From a virus (lineage: Duplodnaviria > Caudoviricetes), in the IMG/VR virus record IMGVR_UViG_3300035006_000012, positions 1 to 26,140 of that record: DNA of 26,140 bases; one strand, written 5' to 3'. This document shows, one piece after another, positions 8,299 to 17,364 of this stretch (position 1 is the first letter of the stretch; every line of letters starts with the position of its first letter). Under the pieces are notes generated by a model, which made no database searches, was not told the DNA's origin, and saw nothing but the letters and a program-made list of their open reading frames with translations. Made by a program: the position numbers and the translations under genes.

Positions 8299-8766
8299 GT
8301 GCCAAAAAAAATCGAGTGGGACGAAATTAAAAAAGCATATTTGGAGGAAGCTGAAACCTATGCCAGTCTTGCCTTACGGTTTGGCGTGGGCAAAAGCACG
8401 ATTGAAGCGCGAGCCTCGGCTGAGGGATGGGCGGCGCTGAAGAAGGGTAAGGATTCTGGGGTTTCTAGGTCTGCGTTTCAGGGTACACCCCAGAAACCCC
8501 AAATCAGGGCTAGAAGCCTCACTGTGCAAAGTATTGACGAGATTGAGATAATTCAGGATGCCATCACCAAGCTGAGTGGCGATTTGCACGTTGCCGAACC
8601 CAAATCGGCTGAAGGTGTGGCGGGTGCGATCGCTAAATTAGTTGAACTACACAATCGGCTCGTGCCAAAAACTGCATCTGACCTTGCTGATATGGCAATT
8701 GAACTAGGGATTGCCCCTGCTGACTTTATTCGCGCATTGAACAGCAAGTGGCAAGAAAGAGCGTAA
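8299..8766 (+). CDS. Terminase small subunit (putative)
   Basis: N-terminal HTH IEWDEIKKAYL...YASLALRFGVGKSTIEARASAEGW; overlaps the start of the large subunit. Confidence 0.75.
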   Translation: MPKKIEWDEIKKAYLEEAETYASLALRFGVGKSTIEARASAEGWAALKKGKDSGVSRSAFQGTPQKPQIRARSLTVQSIDEIEIIQDAITKLSGDLHVAEPKSAEGVAGAIAKLVELHNRLVPKTASDLADMAIELGIAPADFIRALNSKWQERA

Positions 8767-10326
8767 AGGCACGGGAGGAATTTGCCGAAGCTTGCGCTAT
8801 TGAGTTGGGGTTAGAAGTAGTAAGTGAGATTGATTATTCTTGCTATGCGACAGACCCGATAGGCTTTATCGAAAAAGAATTATTGGAAATTTTGACGGAC
8901 AAACAGAAAGAAATATGTCTTTCTGTTCGGGATAACCGCGAAACTAATGTACAGGCTTGTCATGGTGCAGGTAAAAGTTTTTTGGCTTCCCGGTTGTGCT
9001 TATGGTGGATTTATGCAGTTACTGGATTGGTTATTACCACTGCGCCAACTGACCGTCAAGTTGAGCAAATTATTTGGGGTGAAATTCGCAAAGTTCGCGG
9101 GAGGTTAAAGCTTCCAGGTGAATTTGGCATGAAATTTCTTCGCGTCTCCGAACAAGCGCGGGGCTTTGGTTTTACAGCTAGCCACACCAATTCAAACGCT
9201 TTTCAGGGTATCCACAACGACGCGCTGCTGGTAATTGAGGATGAGGCCTGCGGCATTTCGGAAGAAATTGACAATGGTGCGGAATCCTGCACCACGGGAG
9301 CGAAAAACCGGATGTTACGAATTGGCAACCCCATTCAAGGGGGCGGCTCATTTCAACGGGCCTGTGTGCGATCGCATATTCGCATTGCCGCGTGGTCGCA
9401 TCCTAATGTTGCCTGGGCTTACGAGAAACGTCACGACGGCAACCATCGGCTCAAACCCGAAGTAGCAGTAGAAATATTAGACTTTGATGGCGAGGTCAAG
9501 GACTCAAAGCTTTGGGCCGATTGGTGTGAGCGAGATGTTGTCCCTGGGGCTGTGTCGATATCTTGGATTGAGAATGTTCGCAGGAAAAAATCTGAATCTT
9601 CGGCGTTTTGGCAAAGCCGAGTTGAGGGGCTATTCCCAGTCGATAGCGAGCAATCAATAGTGCCTCGATCGTGGTTTTTGGCTGCCCGCGCTCGCTACGA
9701 TGCTGACCCCGCACGGTGGAATGAAATGGCAAACTATCACCTCTGGCGACATGGACTTGACGTGGGGGACGGTGGTGACGACCATGCAACTGCATCCTGG
9801 CGCGGAGCAGTGCTATATGTAGCTGCGACAATTCCTACCAAAGGCGATAGGCTCGATGTTTCGCGAGCTGCAGGTGCGGGCGCAAAGTTGATTAAAACTA
9901 ATGGCGGAGTTGTGATGGTGGATATTATTGGTGTTGGGGCAGGGGCTTTGTCGGCGATGCTTGAAGAGGAATATCAAGCAGTTGGAAGACATTGGGGGGA
10001 AGCACCCGACGAACCTGCACTGTACGCCAATCGCAAAGCTGAGGATTATTGGCTGCTGCGAGAAGCTTTTCGCAATGAAGAAATTGCGAAAAGCTCCGCT
10101 GGGAGATATCGAAGAAATGTTGATGGAGGATTTAGCGGGAACCTACTATGAGGAAACCTCCACCGGGAAAACTAAGATTGAAGATAAAAAGAAGACAATA
10201 CAGCGTCTGCATCGCTCGCCTAACGTTGGCGATGCCTGCGTGTACGGGTTCGCAGCACAGGCGAAGCCAATAGAGTTTGAGTCAATCGGACGTACACGCA
10301 GTACAACAAAATTAAGTGATTATTGA
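8748..10326 (+). pseudogene. terL: Terminase large subunit, frameshifted near 10089-10092
   Basis: Walker A ACHGAGKS, Walker B VIEDEA, IGNP motif, nuclease GLDVGDGGDD. The C-terminus (APLGDIEE...KIEDKKKTIQRLHRSPNVGDA) lies in the 9928-10326 frame. Confidence 0.9.
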
Positions 10327-10332
10327 TTCTCA

Positions 10333-10362
10333 GTAGTCGCTGATAAATTTTCCAGTGACTAC
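10333..10362 (+). terminator. Hairpin after terL, abutting repeat copy 2
   Basis: GTAGTCGCTG/CAGTGACTAC 10-bp stem (one G-U); no U-tract. Confidence 0.4.
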
Positions 10363-10627
10363 GGCTCCGGGTTCTTAGTCACCAAATGCGGACAGCCGTC
10401 AACGAAAAAGCGCGAAGTGGGCTTTTGTCAGTTTCTGTCCCGTCCAACTTCGCAAGAAAGTCGTCTAAATTTTTGGGAGGGTTTTCGTAGAAAAATGCGG
10501 GCAGCCTTCCACCAAAAATGTCGTCCAAATTTTAGGATCTTCCAACAAGGCTGCCCGCATTTTTTAGAATGGTGCAGCGGATCTCCAAAATACGGCTGTC
10601 CGCATTTGTCAAGGGTTGGTGTAGCGG
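10363..10627. repeat. 265-bp element copy 2, core inverted relative to copy 1 (IRs 10383-10399, 10592-10608)
   Basis: Flanks are direct repeats of copy 1 (one mismatch in the right flank); 10400-10591 is the reverse complement of 5306-5497. Confidence 0.95.
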
Positions 10628-10639
10628 GAACTGTAGGGT
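10626..10639 (+). promoter_or_regulatory. Putative late promoter GGGAACTGTAGGGT for the portal gene
   Basis: 13/14 identical to 8260-8273; immediately upstream of ATG 10645. Confidence 0.65.
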
Positions 10640-10644
10640 AAAAA

Positions 10645-12732
10645 ATGCCACTGCCCCGTAACCAAAGCTCTGAAATCGCTTCAATTAAACGCGACCATAC
10701 GCTGTATCTCAACGCCTTTACGGGCTTGACTTACATGAACCCGGACGACGTTTTACAAGGGCGCGGGTACGGGCAGTATCAAGCTTACGAGGATTTAAAA
10801 AAGGACGGACACGCCTATTCTGTGCTGCAAAAGCGTTACTTAGCAGTGGTTTCTCGCGAGTGGAAAGTCGAACCGGCGAGCAGTGCGCAGGCAGATAAGA
10901 AAGCGGCTGATATGGTGCGATATCACCTCACCCACCTAGCGGCCCGTGCTGAAGACCAGGATGTTGTATCAGTTGGGTTTGATGGGCTGTGTTACAACTT
11001 GCTCGATGCAGTTTTAAAGGGTTACAAGCCAGCCGAAATTATCTGGAATGAGGACGGAAGCGAGATATTTCCCGCGCAGGTAAAGACCCGCAACCAGCAG
11101 CGGTTTCCGTTTGGGGTGAATCAAACAAGCGGACGTTGGGAAATGCGATTGCTCACACCAGAAGATATGGTTCATGGGGAGGCTGTGCAGCAGATGTACC
11201 CACGCAAGTTTTTTGTGCATTCCTTTGGTGCAAATGATGACAACCCCTACGGTGCAGGGGTTGGACGAACCATATGGTGGAATGTTTTTTTCAAGAAACA
11301 GGATATTAAATTCTGGTTACAGTTCGTTGATAAGTTTGCTTCCCCCACCGCGATTGGTACGTACCCGCGTGGTGCAACCCAAGAGCAGAAAAGTACTTTG
11401 CTCGCAGCGCTGAATGCGATCGCAACCGATGCTGGCGTGGCCGTGCCGGAAGGGCTGGGCATTACGCTGCTCGAAGCTGCTCGCAGTGGCTCAATTTCTA
11501 CCTACAAAGACCTTGCTGAATACATGGACAGCGAGATTAGTAAGGCAGTACTAGGTGAAACCCTTAGCACCGAGATGGGTAGTACTGGTAGTTATGCAGC
11601 CGCACAAACACATGACAAGGTGAGTCAAAGACTAGCGAAGGCTGACGCTGACTTGCTTTCGGATACTTTAAACCGGACGTTAGTGAAGTGGATAACCGCG
11701 TACAACTTACCCAATGCCAAACCCCCGCGAGTATGGCGGGATTTTGGGGAACAGGAGGATTTAAACAGTCGCTCACAACGCGATAAAACTTTGTTTGACA
11801 TGGGTTTTAAGCTTAAGCCCGAAGCCGTGAAGGAGGTGTACGGCGATGATTATGAGCCGATACAAGAGCAAAGTCAAGAAGTAACACCAGACCAGTTTTT
11901 AGCTAATTCTGGCGTTGATAACACTCCAGTATCCGACACAACGGATATGGCTGAAACGCTGGATTTTGGTAGCATTATCGACCGAGTTCTTAAGTGGCAG
12001 GGATTATCAATAGGGGTGGAATACCTTCCTGGTATGGTGCGGTTCCCCGGTCGCAGAACCAGTAAAAAGCTGCGTTCTGGATACGGACATATACGGGGGT
12101 ACGTAGGTGCGGATGACGAGGCGCTTGATTGCTACCTGTATCCCGGATTGCTTAATCTGGAGCCAGGGGGGAGCGATGCAGTGTACGAAGTGCGCCAACT
12201 GTCAGACGATGGCGATTTTGACGAACACAAATATATGCTTGGCTATGGCAACATTGATGTTGCCCGTCAAGCTTATCTTCAAGAAATGCCAGGGTCGTTT
12301 TTTGGGGGGATAATTGAGGTTACACTGAGCAGTTTGGAACAATATCGTCGTCAACCGCTGAACCTCTCAACTTCTCAATCATTGCCAATAGCATCAAATT
12401 TTACAGAGCTTGAGAAGGATGGAATTGACCGCTACACCGAGCAGTTAGCGAAACGCACCGCACCGATTATCGATAGTTGGGTTGAGCAAGTTAGGGACGC
12501 GATCGCAAACAGTAGCAATTTCGCAGAAGCACAAGAGCGCATTATTCAACTTTACCCCGACCTTGACACAACTAGTTTCGCGGAAGTGATGGGACAAGCG
12601 TTGATTGCGAGTGAGGCTGCGGGTAGGTGGGAGGTACTGGAGGAAGTTAGGGGTGCGGAGTTCGTAGAAAGCGAAACAATTTCTTTTGCAGCTTCAAAAA
12701 AAAAGAAGCAACTTCCGGGTCTCTCCTCGTAG
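10645..12732 (+). CDS. Mu gp29-like portal protein (DUF935) with inserted InPase-like domain
   Basis: LLDAVLKGYKPAEIIW, NPYGAGVGR, FWLQFVDKFASPTAIGTYP, EISKAVLGETLST, GSYAAAQTH. Insert at ~11995-12345 carries GYGHIRGYVGADDEALDCY...FDEHKYMLGY. Confidence 0.92.
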   Translation: MPLPRNQSSEIASIKRDHTLYLNAFTGLTYMNPDDVLQGRGYGQYQAYEDLKKDGHAYSVLQKRYLAVVSREWKVEPASSAQADKKAADMVRYHLTHLAARAEDQDVVSVGFDGLCYNLLDAVLKGYKPAEIIWNEDGSEIFPAQVKTRNQQRFPFGVNQTSGRWEMRLLTPEDMVHGEAVQQMYPRKFFVHSFGANDDNPYGAGVGRTIWWNVFFKKQDIKFWLQFVDKFASPTAIGTYPRGATQEQKSTLLAALNAIATDAGVAVPEGLGITLLEAARSGSISTYKDLAEYMDSEISKAVLGETLSTEMGSTGSYAAAQTHDKVSQRLAKADADLLSDTLNRTLVKWITAYNLPNAKPPRVWRDFGEQEDLNSRSQRDKTLFDMGFKLKPEAVKEVYGDDYEPIQEQSQEVTPDQFLANSGVDNTPVSDTTDMAETLDFGSIIDRVLKWQGLSIGVEYLPGMVRFPGRRTSKKLRSGYGHIRGYVGADDEALDCYLYPGLLNLEPGGSDAVYEVRQLSDDGDFDEHKYMLGYGNIDVARQAYLQEMPGSFFGGIIEVTLSSLEQYRRQPLNLSTSQSLPIASNFTELEKDGIDRYTEQLAKRTAPIIDSWVEQVRDAIANSSNFAEAQERIIQLYPDLDTTSFAEVMGQALIASEAAGRWEVLEEVRGAEFVESETISFAASKKKKQLPGLSS
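12696..12705 (+). other. A9G run containing an A-AAA-AAG -1 slippery site
   Basis: TCA AAA AAA AAG in the portal frame; the -1 frame is open from here through 13565. Confidence 0.55.
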
Positions 12733-13565
12733 ATAGTCGCGGGCGGTGGCGCGACCCTCTTACCGGCAGGTTTATCAATATGCCGGATATAAAAACTGAG
12801 GCAATCCGAAAACATATTGAGAATGAGCTTGAAGATGGGGGGCATGCTTCTGTTGCTAGAAATTTAATCCGAGATATTAGCAAACTTAAGTTATTGTCTT
12901 TGACTACTCCTGCTGCTTATAAAGCAACAGTTGAGCAGTTACAGCGAAAGTATAAAAACAGCCCTTTCGCCCTTTCGCTGATTTTGGCGCTGCAATTAGA
13001 GCGAGGTGTTTCCAGTAAAGCCAATGCAGCCAATAACATTCAGGAGTTAGAAAAACTTTTAACCGCTTCAACAAAAACTACAGTAACAAGCGAGCCAGCA
13101 CTAAAACACAATCTTAGAGATATTCAAGTTAATGTAACTCCCGTTCGTCCCGATTCCGGGTTAACAGCTATTCAAAGTCAATTAAGCACGGTGGATATCA
13201 GTAAGCTAACTGATGGCGAGAAAGTCCAATTCGCCGCAGATTCTTCAGCCCTGCAAGCTGTATTAAAGTATCGTAAGTCAGTCGAGGATTTGAATGCTTT
13301 GGTAACAGAAATCAATTCCACCAAAAACTTTTCTTCAGACTCCTATGAGCAGCTAACTCTTGAGCGCTCAAGAGTTTGGAGTGAAATGAAGCAAGCGCTG
13401 GATGAGGCGCATGGTCTAAAAGGGTCTTATTTGTCTCACCCAGAATTGGATGGATACCTGGAAAATATGCAAAAAATTTCTAGGGAGTCTCCAGGCGGTT
13501 ACAAAGTTACGTTACCAAGTGATATGTCCCAGTTGAAGGCAAAAGCAGCGCCTTCGCCTTGCTAA
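12711..13565 (+). CDS. Helical hypothetical protein; probable C-terminal extension of the portal
   Basis: The frame of ORF 12780-13565 is open upstream to the A-run and encodes GRWRDPLTGRF before the annotated Met. Confidence 0.65.
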   Translation, partial: TSGSLLVDSRGRWRDPLTGRFINMPDIKTEAIRKHIENELEDGGHASVARNLIRDISKLKLLSLTTPAAYKATVEQLQRKYKNSPFALSLILALQLERGVSSKANAANNIQELEKLLTASTKTTVTSEPALKHNLRDIQVNVTPVRPDSGLTAIQSQLSTVDISKLTDGEKVQFAADSSALQAVLKYRKSVEDLNALVTEINSTKNFSSDSYEQLTLERSRVWSEMKQALDEAHGLKGSYLSHPELDGYLENMQKISRESPGGYKVTLPSDMSQLKAKAAPSPC

Positions 13566-13677
13566 GAGTAAAGTCGCTGATGAAGCTGCTAACTATATAT
13601 TTTAATTGTAAAGTGCGGATCGCTGTTTGTAATGTTTGTGGATCTGTTTGTTAGTTCATGAGGCGATCGCTTTCTAA

Positions 13678-13923
13678 TTAAGAGGCGTTCGCTTTTTGTT
13701 GTCGGGCTTCTGTATCGCTAATATCGACTTGCAACAGATCGTCAATCGGAACCTGAAAATATCGAGACAGCTTGACTAGTGTCGCCCAGTCACCCTTCTC
13801 TGTCCCTTTCTTGAGGGCAGTGATTGAACGAGTATTCATATCTAGGTCTTTGGCAACTTGAATAACGGTCATGCCCTCTCGCCAAAAGCGAGATATGTTT
13901 ACTGTTACTTTCACGGCTTTCAT
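13678..13923 (-). CDS. XRE-family HTH regulator (cassette A)
   Basis: MTVIQVAKDLDMNTRSITALKKG...WATLVKLSRYFQVPIDDLL. Confidence 0.85.
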   Translation of the reverse strand: MKAVKVTVNISRFWREGMTVIQVAKDLDMNTRSITALKKGTEKGDWATLVKLSRYFQVPIDDLLQVDISDTEARQQKANAS

Positions 13924-13988
13924 AATTACCACTACTTCTAATTTTATAGTCAACTACCCTGTACATCAAACTAGCATAGTACTTTGTT

Positions 13989-14028
13989 TAGTCAAGTACT
14001 TGACTACTTGGATAGCTTGAGTGATAAT
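13989..14028 (+). promoter_or_regulatory. Sigma70 promoter TTGACT-N17-GATAAT overlapped by a perfect 18-bp palindrome (operator)
   Basis: TAGTCAAGTACTTGACTA at 13989-14006; -35 at 14000-14005, -10 at 14023-14028. Confidence 0.7.
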
Positions 14029-14034
14029 AAAACA

Positions 14035-14081
14035 AGCCGCTTAACTCCCTAGTTTTCTCAGGACACGAGAGTAAAGCGGCT
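14035..14081 (+). promoter_or_regulatory. 5' leader hairpin (cassette A)
   Basis: AGCCGCTTAACTC...GAGTAAAGCGGCT stem starting ~7 nt after the -10 box. Confidence 0.55.
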
Positions 14082-14112
14082 GTTTAACCCGTTGAAAGGT
14101 CTAGCTATAATT

Positions 14113-14457
14113 ATGTCTCAAACAGCATTCGACTCACAAGCGATTCATAAAGAAAGCTTCGCTAACGCGCAATTTGAGCTTGACAATAGTATTTACTACC
14201 AAGCCCAGTTAATTGCGCCAGATTTTACAGATATCAAAATCAAAGCTGCGATCACCAAAACCGAAATTGATTCTATCGCCGATATATTTGGTGCGCTTTA
14301 TCGCGTTTGGGATGGGATGAAACTACTTGGTACATTTTATGAAAATTTAGACGGTAAATGGATAGCAATGCCTTGTAACCGTGATGATTTTCGCCCAGCC
14401 TTGAACACCTCAGACCAAGCGCACTTAGCTGTGGTCGCTAGTTACTTGCAGGTTTAA
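14113..14457 (+). CDS. Conserved small hypothetical protein (cassette A; paralogue of 17567-17845 and 18721-19017)
   Basis: MSQTAFDSQ...EIDSIADIFGALYRVWDGMKLLGTFYENLDGKW...QAHLAVVA. Start set by alignment to the paralogues. Confidence 0.85.
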   Translation: MSQTAFDSQAIHKESFANAQFELDNSIYYQAQLIAPDFTDIKIKAAITKTEIDSIADIFGALYRVWDGMKLLGTFYENLDGKWIAMPCNRDDFRPALNTSDQAHLAVVASYLQV

Positions 14458-14530
14458 TCAATTTCGGTTTTTCGTTTATCTGCGGATTTTCCGCAGATAA
14501 ATTATTCGCTTCAAAAAACAGGGCATAAAA

Positions 14531-15334
14531 ATGAGCGATTTAACAGTTTTTCAGTTTGAGTCTAAAGAAGTCCGTTTTGTTGGTACGCCAATAGACCCTT
14601 GGTGGGTAGCAGCTGATGTTTGCGGAGTGCTAGAACATAGCAATCCATCGTCAGCGATCGCAAGACTAGATGAAGACGAGAAAAAACTTCTTGACCCTAA
14701 ACAATACTTAGGGTCAGCCTCAAATCAAGATTTTTGGGCGATTAACCAATCTGGACTATATTCATTAGTCCTCACTAGCCGCAAAGCGCAGGCAAAACGG
14801 TTCAAAAAGTGGCTAACCTCTGAAGTTATTCCTAGTATCGTTAGAACTGGTAAATACGAATTACCGCAGGCAGAACAACAACCACAAGCTCAAGTTATTT
14901 CAGCCTCAACAGAACAACCTGCATTACCACCCGCACCACCAACACCTTCGGAAATCTCAGAAGTACTCAGCCTAATTTTCCAAAATACCGACATCAACCC
15001 CAACCTCATTGCGGGGGTAAAAGCGAATGCGATCGCTAAACAGCATCCACAATATACAGCGGTGATTGAAGCTGCGAAAAGTGCTTTAGCCGTCCCAGTC
15101 GAGGACGAATTATTATCGCCCACCCAACTTGCACAAATTTTATCCGACTGCGGTGAGACGAGTTGGAGCGCACGGTCAGTTAACAAGCTATTGCTTCAAC
15201 AGGGACTGCAAACGCGCAACCCCGACAGCGATAATCCAGCTTACTTACCGACACCAAAAGGTAAACAATACTGTCATATATTTTTCTTGCCTGCTAGGAA
15301 TATGTTAAACCAAATTCCGGGGCATCCAGCTTGA
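14531..15334 (+). CDS. BRO-N domain antirepressor-like protein, likely C-terminally truncated (~15275)
   Basis: VFQFESKEVRFVG...PWWVAADVCGVL...INQSGLYSLVLTSRKAQAKRFKKWLTSEVIPSIVRTGKY. The tail runs into the convergent gene. Confidence 0.9.
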   Translation: MSDLTVFQFESKEVRFVGTPIDPWWVAADVCGVLEHSNPSSAIARLDEDEKKLLDPKQYLGSASNQDFWAINQSGLYSLVLTSRKAQAKRFKKWLTSEVIPSIVRTGKYELPQAEQQPQAQVISASTEQPALPPAPPTPSEISEVLSLIFQNTDINPNLIAGVKANAIAKQHPQYTAVIEAAKSALAVPVEDELLSPTQLAQILSDCGETSWSARSVNKLLLQQGLQTRNPDSDNPAYLPTPKGKQYCHIFFLPARNMLNQIPGHPA

Positions 15335-15548
15335 GGGATTGGAACAGCATTGACTGAACTGCAGGGTCGAAATCTTCTAGGTCAACGAAACTAATTACAA
15401 TTTCATCATCATTTTCTGGATAAGGGTAGTCAAACTTTACTCCTATTTTTTTTCCAGTTTCGCTGTTATACCACCATCTACCATTTTTAATCAGGCGGAA
15501 TATAATTTCGAGTTTATCACCATCAAATTCAAACCAAAAGCTTCTCAT
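15294..15548 (-). CDS. Small acidic/aromatic hypothetical protein (possible immunity partner)
   Basis: 84 aa; ATGA-coupled to 15545-17323. Confidence 0.65.
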   Translation of the reverse strand: MRSFWFEFDGDKLEIIFRLIKNGRWWYNSETGKKIGVKFDYPYPENDDEIVISFVDLEDFDPAVQSMLFQSLKLDAPEFGLTYS

Positions 15549-17323
15549 GATAACGTCCCAGCTACTTTGTTCATTATAGTTTCAGCGTTGTATAAAAGGT
15601 TGCGTTTGTAGCTGTTTTCAGCCAATCTTTGCAGTTCTTTCATAGCATCTGCACCGTGTGAAGATTCAAGAACGGATATAGCCTGACGAGCGTTGTATTT
15701 GTGGATTTCAGAGTTCATTCTTGGCCGGGATTTGGAATAATCCTGACTTTCTTGGTGTCCTTTGTCAAAACTAAAGTAACCGTTGGTTTTTTCGTAGAGT
15801 GCTAGAGCGTCTGCTTCACTCAATTTTGAAAGTTTCTCTGCTTCAAGAAGCTTGGCGGTTTTGTCGTGGATTTGCTGGTCAACTGAACCTTTGTCTCGCA
15901 AAAGTTTTTGATTGGTTTGGATTTTGGTATTTAGGTTATCAGCATCTTGTCGTAGCTTATCTCTAACCGCTTTAGCCGTCGCCTTATCAGGATAGCCATT
16001 GGCATCAGGGAACCTAGCATTAAGTTTGATTGCATTCTTTTGAGATTCCAGTGTCACCTTGTCAGATTTCCACTGCTGCAAGTCAGATTCGAGGGTTATA
16101 AAAGTCTGATGTTCGGTGAGAGCCTTCTGGGTTTTATCTAGAGACTTTTGCAGTGCTTTGCGCTGCTCTCTAGTATCTTGTAGCTCCTTTTCTTCGTCAG
16201 GTGTAAGTCCCTTGTTTTTGACTGGGACACCATTTTTGTTGAGAGTAGTATATTTCGCTTCATCTGCGTCATGAGATGCGATTTTGGATTGAGCCAGAGC
16301 GATTTCACCTTGCAGTTTAGTTTCGTAAGTTTTGGGGTCTTGCTTGCGCTCTCTTAATTCAATAAGTTCAGTTTCTAGCTTTGCGGACTTTGTAGCGTTA
16401 GTAGTGTTAATTTCAGTGACTTTTGATTTGATTTTCTCCTTAATGGTGGCTGATTCGCTGTCCTTAAACTTGTAGTAATGCAGGTGGGTTGCAGTATCAT
16501 CCCCACTATGAGCGCCGTCCATAAGCTCTATAAACTGCGTATTTTTGCCGTGCTTTGCTGAATTCCAATACTCAGGAATCACCTCCATTTCAATGTCACC
16601 AGTTTTGGGATTGCGAAAGTAGCGAACGCTTGCTGGAGTTACCCTGCCGTTGGTGTCTACATGAACGTTATTATGAATATGATGATGTTCGGTGCCATCA
16701 GACAGGGACTTCTTGACTTCTATGTGAGTCGCATCCAAGTAATCACTCGGATTTTTGGAAGATTCGCCGTTCATCACATGAGAAACTGAACGGAGTATCA
16801 ATTCTTCAGCAATTTCTTTCTGACCAATTTCTCTCATTTTGTTGATAGTGGGAGCGCCAAAAACTGAAGCATAACGAGGAATTGGGTTACCATCTTTATC
16901 TGTGTCGTGCGCTGTGTCCTGAAAAACAAGATGCTGTCGTTGAGTGTAAAGTGCTTCCATGACTTTGACACGCTCCTCTGCTACATCCAAATCAGGGTCT
17001 TTAAGCAAGCTGGTACTGCTCGCAGTGAGGGTTTGTTCGATTTTCTGAAGTCTGTCTGGCTTTAATCCACTTTTTTGAAGTTCGGCAGCTTCCTCTTCTA
17101 GCTTGGAGCGTTCGACCCGTCCGTTAAGGTGATATTCAAGGTCACGATGCGCGTTTTCCACTTCACGTAGCCGCATAGAATCGGCTGCGGGGTTAGATTT
17201 AAGAGCGTTCAACTCTGCTTCGATTTCTGTAAGTCGCTGCCGCTGGTTAACTATGTTCGCTTTCTGTGCCTGAATGTGGTGTTGGGCAAGTGCAGATAGG
17301 TCTTTTTCTTCAAGGCAGGGCAT
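15545..17323 (-). CDS. Large coiled-coil protein fragment with a possible PD-(D/E)xK nuclease motif
   Basis: 592 aa; NPSDYLDATHIEVKKS; long K/E/Q coiled coils; no clear own 5' region (abuts the broken KilA-N gene). Confidence 0.7.
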   Translation of the reverse strand: MPCLEEKDLSALAQHHIQAQKANIVNQRQRLTEIEAELNALKSNPAADSMRLREVENAHRDLEYHLNGRVERSKLEEEAAELQKSGLKPDRLQKIEQTLTASSTSLLKDPDLDVAEERVKVMEALYTQRQHLVFQDTAHDTDKDGNPIPRYASVFGAPTINKMREIGQKEIAEELILRSVSHVMNGESSKNPSDYLDATHIEVKKSLSDGTEHHHIHNNVHVDTNGRVTPASVRYFRNPKTGDIEMEVIPEYWNSAKHGKNTQFIELMDGAHSGDDTATHLHYYKFKDSESATIKEKIKSKVTEINTTNATKSAKLETELIELRERKQDPKTYETKLQGEIALAQSKIASHDADEAKYTTLNKNGVPVKNKGLTPDEEKELQDTREQRKALQKSLDKTQKALTEHQTFITLESDLQQWKSDKVTLESQKNAIKLNARFPDANGYPDKATAKAVRDKLRQDADNLNTKIQTNQKLLRDKGSVDQQIHDKTAKLLEAEKLSKLSEADALALYEKTNGYFSFDKGHQESQDYSKSRPRMNSEIHKYNARQAISVLESSHGADAMKELQRLAENSYKRNLLYNAETIMNKVAGTLS

Positions 17324-17364
17324 GAGCGGGTATTTGTAATTTTATTTAGCTTTCCCGGAGCATT

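Noticed and set aside
5269-10627. attL/attR prophage ends
   Set aside because: They lie inside the element, split terminase from portal and are far from the integrase; not fully excluded as secondary recombination sites.
10428-10712. 94-aa minus-strand ORF
   Set aside because: Antisense reading of the repeat and the portal start.
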